A stretch of DNA of 64,000 nucleotides from an uncultured Bacteroidales bacterium (GTDB lineage Bacteria; Bacteroidota; Bacteroidia; Bacteroidales; CAIXZF01): positions 1,093 to 65,092 of the forward strand of contig CAIXZF010000036.1 of assembly GCA_903923925.1 (NCBI GenBank), given 5' to 3'. Numbering within the stretch: the first letter of the stretch is position 1; every line of letters starts with the position of its first letter. Below are positions 59,165 to 64,000 of the stretch, one piece after another. Made by a program: the position numbers and the translations under genes. The notes under the pieces were generated by a model that saw only the letters and a program-made list of their open reading frames with translations, was not told where the DNA came from and made no database searches.

Positions 59165-60532
59165 ATGAAAGTTCACCTGAAAAAATTACTTAAAGAGCCT
59201 AATTTTTTGTCGTTGGCAGGAAATCTTACCATTGCATTTTTTGGTTTAGTTGGTTTTGCTCTGCTTGCCAGAAAATATCCTACAAATGAATTTGGTGAAT
59301 GGATGCTTTATATTTCTTCAGGTTCACTCATTGAGATGTTCCGGTTTGGAATAACCAATACTGCCATTGTGCGGTATTTGTCTGGTACACACAATGATGA
59401 GCGATATAATTATATTGGTTCTCATGGTCTTATTGGTGTTGTTGTAACCATAGGAATTGTCGTACTGTTATGGATCAGCATTTTAATTTTCCCTCATCCG
59501 ATAAATGCTTCCGGATACGGACTCTTTTTTACCTGGTATCCGTTTTTTGCGATTGTTAACCTTCCACTTAATACTGCTCTCGTGATTCTGCAGGCTGAAC
59601 AGAAGTTTGCAAAGATGCTTTTTCTGAAAAGCATAAATAGCATAGGGTTCTTTTCTGTGATACTGCTTAGCTATTTGTTCCTGAACTTGTCGCTCTTCCA
59701 ATTAGTGTGGGCACAAATATTTTTTATGTCACTCACTTCTGCAGTTTGTATCATTTTAGGCTGGGATGGATTAAGATTTCTTTTAAAAGCAACCCGGAGA
59801 ACGAACAAAACTCTGCTTGATTTCGGCAAATACACAACATTCACTTTAATTGGAACAAATCTGCTTCGAAGTGCTGATACCTTGATTATCAGTCTAAGCC
59901 CCTTAGGGACTGCTGCTGTAGCTTTATATAGTATTCCACTTAAATTGATTGATTTACAGCAGATTCCGCTCAGGAGTTTTATAGCTACAGCGTTTCCGAA
60001 AATGTCGAAGGCCAGTATTCAGAACAATATCAGTGAATTAAAAAATGTTTTTTATACTTACTCAGGAGCAATGACTTACCTGTTCATTGCAATGAGTTTG
60101 TTTATATTCATTTTTGCGAATTACCTTGTTCTGCTTCTGGGGGGACATCAATATCTGGGTACCGATCCTTTAACTGGAGCATCAACAACTCAGCTGGTTA
60201 GAATTTTTGCCTTATGTGGGATTTTGTTTCCGGTAGAAACAATGGCTGGCGTGTGTCTCGACAGTATTAATAAGCCAAATCGTAACTTTCAAAAAGTTAT
60301 GTATATGGCTGCGGCAAATATAATAGGTGATGTCATTGCCGTATTTTTATTCAAATCATTGGCTGTAGTAGCTTTTGTTTCATTCATAGTAACATTTCTT
60401 GGTGTTTTAGTAGGTGCACATTTTATGAATAAAGAGCTGAAAATGAATTACTCCAAAATACTTGTTTCTGGTGTTGATTTCTACAAATCTGCGTATTCTA
60501 AATTGCGAAACCGTAATGAGATTTTGCAATAG
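59165..60532 (+). CDS. wzx: Wzx-like polysaccharide flippase (MOP superfamily)
   Basis: 455 aa with about 12-14 TM helices. Assigned from position in the EPS locus and a 'polysaccharide biosynthesis protein' type topology. Confidence 0.6.
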   Translation: MKVHLKKLLKEPNFLSLAGNLTIAFFGLVGFALLARKYPTNEFGEWMLYISSGSLIEMFRFGITNTAIVRYLSGTHNDERYNYIGSHGLIGVVVTIGIVVLLWISILIFPHPINASGYGLFFTWYPFFAIVNLPLNTALVILQAEQKFAKMLFLKSINSIGFFSVILLSYLFLNLSLFQLVWAQIFFMSLTSAVCIILGWDGLRFLLKATRRTNKTLLDFGKYTTFTLIGTNLLRSADTLIISLSPLGTAAVALYSIPLKLIDLQQIPLRSFIATAFPKMSKASIQNNISELKNVFYTYSGAMTYLFIAMSLFIFIFANYLVLLLGGHQYLGTDPLTGASTTQLVRIFALCGILFPVETMAGVCLDSINKPNRNFQKVMYMAAANIIGDVIAVFLFKSLAVVAFVSFIVTFLGVLVGAHFMNKELKMNYSKILVSGVDFYKSAYSKLRNRNEILQ

Positions 60533-60565
60533 TGTTTAACTGTTATTCCTGTAATTGATAATTTG

Positions 60566-62047
60566 ATGAATGTGATTACAAATCCGTTTGAAAAAGAAAC
60601 AGGTTCTTTCCGGCTTCGACTTCCATTCTATCTTACATTGTTGATTCTGTCGATGGTGATTTGCGCTTATCTTATTGCTAAAGGTGGCGTTTCTATGGCA
60701 GTTAGTTTGGTTATGCTTCCTGTTATTGGATTCTATCTTACTGTTTTGTTTTTGAAGCCAATAACAGGGCTTTATTCGGCAGTAGTGGTTGGATTTATCA
60801 TTCTTGGAACACCCAGGTATTTCCCTTCATTGTCGGTAATTGGGGTAGGGATGGATGGGATATTGATATTAACATATCTGGCACTGATCTTCAATAGGTT
60901 TTATAATAAAGTTGACTGGAAACCGGCAAAAAACGATGCCACCGTTCTTGCAGGTTTGTGGTTAGGATATGCTCTTCTACAGTTTGCGAACCCGGAGGCA
61001 CATAGCAAAGTCGCCTGGCTTGCGGGTTTACGCGGTGTTTCATTGTATATGTTCCTGGTAATTCCCCTTGCATTAATTCTGATTGACACTAAAAAAAAGC
61101 TTGATGCTTTTCTTATTTTATGGGGTATAATGTCAATTCTTGTGACTTTAAAGGGAATTCAGCAGAATTTTCTGGGTGTTGATTATGCTGAAAAGGCCTG
61201 GCTTGACCGAGGTGCTGCAGCAACGCATATTCTGTTTGGCAAATTGAGGGTTTTTTCTTTTCTGAGTGATGCCGGCAATTTTGGGGCCAATCAGGCATAT
61301 TCAGGAATTGTTGCCACTTTTGTCTCCTTTTCTGAAAAGTCACGAAAGCGGAAGATATTTTATATCACTGTGGCAGTTCTTGGCTTTTATGGAATGTTAC
61401 TTTCGGGTACACGTGGGGCTATTAGTGTTCCTCTGGCTGCATTATTTTTGTTTTTTGTTTTGAAAAAAAACAAAGTAGTTATGATCTTCGGTTTTATTCT
61501 GATACTTATAGTTTTTGGTTTTTTTAAATATACCACCATTGGGAATCAGAATCAGCAAATCAGGAGAATGCGCTCTGGTTTTGATCCCAACGACCGCTCT
61601 TTACAGGTAAGGCTTGAAAATCAGAAAAGGCTTAAAGCATATCTTGCTACAAGACCTATTGGGGGGGGGATTGGGCATGCAGGCGTTAAAGCCCAGAAAT
61701 ATCTTCCAAATGCCTTTCTTTCGAATGTGGCAACAGATAGCTGGTATGTGATGATATGGGCTGAACAGGGAATTGTTGGCTTGATTCTGCATCTGTTTAT
61801 CCTTTTTTATATCATTATAAAATCCGGATATCTGATAATGTTTAAACTTAAAAACCCTGAGATAATACTTAAAATGTCTGCATTAACTGTCGGAATGTTC
61901 GGGATTATGGCTGCTGCCTACGGAAATGAAGTTCTTGGTACTCCTCCAACGGGAATATTGATTTATGTTTCCATGGCTTTAATGCTTAATTCTGAACGTT
62001 TTGATGATCCTCTGCCAGAAGTAAATAAAAAACTACTGCCAATGTAA
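60566..62047 (+). CDS. wzy: O-antigen ligase/polymerase-family membrane protein (Wzy-like)
   Basis: About 493 aa with more than 10 TM helices. Has the characteristic ..LLSGTRGA... segment followed by a large loop (..RMRSGFDPNDRSLQVRLENQ..). Confidence 0.6.
   Translation: MNVITNPFEKETGSFRLRLPFYLTLLILSMVICAYLIAKGGVSMAVSLVMLPVIGFYLTVLFLKPITGLYSAVVVGFIILGTPRYFPSLSVIGVGMDGILILTYLALIFNRFYNKVDWKPAKNDATVLAGLWLGYALLQFANPEAHSKVAWLAGLRGVSLYMFLVIPLALILIDTKKKLDAFLILWGIMSILVTLKGIQQNFLGVDYAEKAWLDRGAAATHILFGKLRVFSFLSDAGNFGANQAYSGIVATFVSFSEKSRKRKIFYITVAVLGFYGMLLSGTRGAISVPLAALFLFFVLKKNKVVMIFGFILILIVFGFFKYTTIGNQNQQIRRMRSGFDPNDRSLQVRLENQKRLKAYLATRPIGGGIGHAGVKAQKYLPNAFLSNVATDSWYVMIWAEQGIVGLILHLFILFYIIIKSGYLIMFKLKNPEIILKMSALTVGMFGIMAAAYGNEVLGTPPTGILIYVSMALMLNSERFDDPLPEVNKKLLPM
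61661..61669 (+). repeat. G9 homopolymer inside the Wzy-like gene
   Basis: att ggg ggg ggg att encodes I-G-G-G-I. It is the longest G/C run noticed in this AT-rich window. Confidence 0.9.
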
Positions 62048-62098
62048 TTTTTGCTCAAATATTTTCTAAATTTATTCTATAACCCTGGATTAAAAAAT

Positions 62099-62947
62099 AT
62101 GCGGATTGCTTTTCTTATAATGGCTCATAAAGCCCCGGAACAAATAGAGAAATTAATCAATCGGTTAAACCATCCTGATTTCGAATTTTATATTCATCTG
62201 GATGCAAAAATCAATATGGATGATTTTGACTATCTTGGACAGAAAGAAGGGGTTTATTTTACAAAAACCCGTATTCATGTTAGCTGGGCTGCTTTCAGCT
62301 TCACCACTTCCATTTACAAATGTATGGAAGAGATTCTGTCTGTAAATCAGAAATATGATTTTATTAATGTTCTTAGCGGGCAGGACTACCCAATCAAATC
62401 AACAGAAGAAATTCACAGGTATTTTACTGAACACAAGGAGAATAATTTTATTTCGTTTGAAGAAAAAGGTTCCGAATGGTGGGGTCATGCTATAGGAAGA
62501 ATAACAAATTATCACTTTATCAATTACAAATTTCCGGGACGTTATCGAATACAGTTCCTGGTAAATTTTATAATGCCGAAACGGAAATTTCCTCTCCCAT
62601 ACGTACTTTACGGTGGTCCAAGGGCATCATGGTTTACTATAAGTACCAAATGCGCAGCATATGTTGTGCAGGTTATGAACGATAACCCTAAACTGCGGCG
62701 ATTTTGTAATTTCACCTGGGGTTCTGATGAATTTTTATTTCAGACCATTATTATGAATTCCGGATTTGCATATACTGTGCTGAATGATGTCGTAAATTAT
62801 ATTGATTGGTCGGGAGGTGGAGCAAATCCAAAAATTCTGAAAGTTGAAGATTATGAATCTCTTATGAATTCAGATAAATTATTTGCCCGTAAGTTTGATG
62901 TTAAAGTAGATTCTGTTATTCTGGATATGCTCGACAAACAAATTTAG
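62099..62947 (+). CDS. Glycosyltransferase family 14 (core-2/I-branching-type beta-1,6-GlcNAc-transferase-like)
   Basis: The ATG at 62099 was chosen (MRIAFLIMAHKAPEQIEKLINRL...F.IH.D.K), a typical N-terminus for this family. Also has SG.DYP.K and WF. Confidence 0.7.
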   Translation: MRIAFLIMAHKAPEQIEKLINRLNHPDFEFYIHLDAKINMDDFDYLGQKEGVYFTKTRIHVSWAAFSFTTSIYKCMEEILSVNQKYDFINVLSGQDYPIKSTEEIHRYFTEHKENNFISFEEKGSEWWGHAIGRITNYHFINYKFPGRYRIQFLVNFIMPKRKFPLPYVLYGGPRASWFTISTKCAAYVVQVMNDNPKLRRFCNFTWGSDEFLFQTIIMNSGFAYTVLNDVVNYIDWSGGGANPKILKVEDYESLMNSDKLFARKFDVKVDSVILDMLDKQI

Positions 62948-62987
62948 GGTTTTATGAACTTTTAGATGTTACCCAAAACCATCTGCT

Positions 62988-63902
62988 ATGCAACAACCAC
63001 TTGTTTCGATTATAACTGTTAATTTCGACCATCCGGAAGTTACCTGCCTGTTGCTTGCATCATTACGGAAAATATCATACCCAAACATTGAGATTATTGT
63101 TGTGGATAATGCTTCTCCAAACGACGATCCGGCAATAATCCATCAAACTTACCCCGAAGTAGTTTTTATTCAAAGTAAAGATAACCTGGGTTTTGCAGGC
63201 GGAAATAACCTTGGAATCAGGCTTGCTAAGGGGAAATATGTGCTCCTTTTGAATAATGATACAGAAGTAGCTTCCGATTTTTTGGAACCTCTTGTTTCAA
63301 AGTTTGAAGGAAATTTGGCAATTGGTGCAATTAGTCCAAAAATAAAATTCTTTGATGAGCCTGAAATTCTGCAATTTACAGGGCAGGCTCCCATTAACCC
63401 ATATACAATCAGAAGCTATGGATACGGTTTTGGGCAGAAAGATACAGGCCAATTCGATAAAGATAGCTTAACGAATTTTGTTCATGGTGCAGCAATGATG
63501 ATTCCGATGGAAGTAATCAGAAATGTTGGCATGATGGCTGAAGGATATTTCCTTTACTACGAAGAACTTGATTGGGGTGCCAGAATCAGAAGATCAGGGT
63601 ATGAATTATGGTATGTGCATAACTCAACTATTTGGCATAAGGAATCTGTGTCAACCGGAAGACTGAGCCCGTTCAAAACGTATTATATGAATCGTGCAAG
63701 ATTGCTTTACCTGCGCAGAAATGTACGGGGATTTAAATTTGTTATTGCAGTTCTTTTTCAGATTTTTGTTGCCATCCCCAAAAACGCTCTTGTGTTTTTG
63801 CTTCAGCGCAGGACTGGGCATTTAAAAGCTTATATGAGAGCAGTTTTCTGGAATGTTAAAAACATGTTTAACAGTGAGATACACCAAAATCCAGCAATGT
63901 AG
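62988..63902 (+). CDS. Glycosyltransferase family 2
   Basis: 304 aa. LVSIITVNF......CL.SL......N.EIIVVDNAS.D, then N.GFAGGNN.G and LLNNDTEV, are typical of GT-A fold GT2 enzymes. Confidence 0.85.
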   Translation: MQQPLVSIITVNFDHPEVTCLLLASLRKISYPNIEIIVVDNASPNDDPAIIHQTYPEVVFIQSKDNLGFAGGNNLGIRLAKGKYVLLLNNDTEVASDFLEPLVSKFEGNLAIGAISPKIKFFDEPEILQFTGQAPINPYTIRSYGYGFGQKDTGQFDKDSLTNFVHGAAMMIPMEVIRNVGMMAEGYFLYYEELDWGARIRRSGYELWYVHNSTIWHKESVSTGRLSPFKTYYMNRARLLYLRRNVRGFKFVIAVLFQIFVAIPKNALVFLLQRRTGHLKAYMRAVFWNVKNMFNSEIHQNPAM

Positions 63903-63931
63903 TTCTTACATTTTATGATATCATTTCAATT

Positions 63932-64000
63932 ATGATAAAAAACTATGACATCATCGTAATCGGTATCCAGGCGTGGGATACGGAAATAGGAAGCAACTGT
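63932..64000 (+). CDS. Start of a further EPS-locus gene (probable glycosyltransferase), truncated by the right window edge
   Basis: ATG at 63932. MIKNYDIIVIGIQAWDTEIGSNC... Only 23 codons are visible. Confidence 0.35.
   Translation, partial: MIKNYDIIVIGIQAWDTEIGSNC

Overview
This is a 64-kb chromosomal window from an AT-rich genome that looks like Bacteroidota. The evidence is a T9SS C-terminal sorting domain, a GldA/GldF/GldG-like ABC transporter, TAnnTTTG -7 promoter boxes 18-26 nt upstream of start codons, and almost no Shine-Dalgarno use. The housekeeping backbone is ffh-folD-queE, an OmpA-family protein, a rhodanese, kdsA, the thrS-infC-rpmI-rplT operon (infC needs a non-AUG start), sucD, mnmE and rarA. 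Two giant repeat-rich surface proteins are present. One is a 3692-aa T9SS cargo (17845-28923) with beta-helix, Ig-like arrays, and dockerin-like and cohesin-like modules. The other is an edge-truncated gene (1-4478, minus strand) that the ORF track misses and that carries three cohesin-like modules. Other blocks are a glycogen-type cluster (debranching enzyme, GT4, GH57) followed by a GH3/beta-lactamase fusion, a TPR histidine kinase, an operon of a TonB-C-like protein, a GldL/GldM-like membrane protein and a muramidase, and a Wzx/Wzy-type exopolysaccharide locus (54.2-64 kb) headed by a CheY-like regulator and a pseudo-receiver/phosphoglycosyl-transferase fusion. The clearest accessory region is 40.9-47.6 kb. 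It holds a truncated integrase followed by three HipA-family kinase toxin-antitoxin loci: one bipartite HTH+HipA, and two split HTH+HipS-like+HipT-like triads facing each other. Each triad has its own triplet of phased palindromic operators. Other sequence-level finds are a 167-bp MITE-like element with 17-bp terminal inverted repeats and an 8-bp target duplication (38313-38479), a strong SD plus AUA start for infC, a G9 tract inside the Wzy-like gene, and a perfect 14-bp palindrome in the leader of the giant adhesin gene. No rRNA, tRNA or CRISPR array was found. All family assignments rest on motif recognition by eye, with no database searches.
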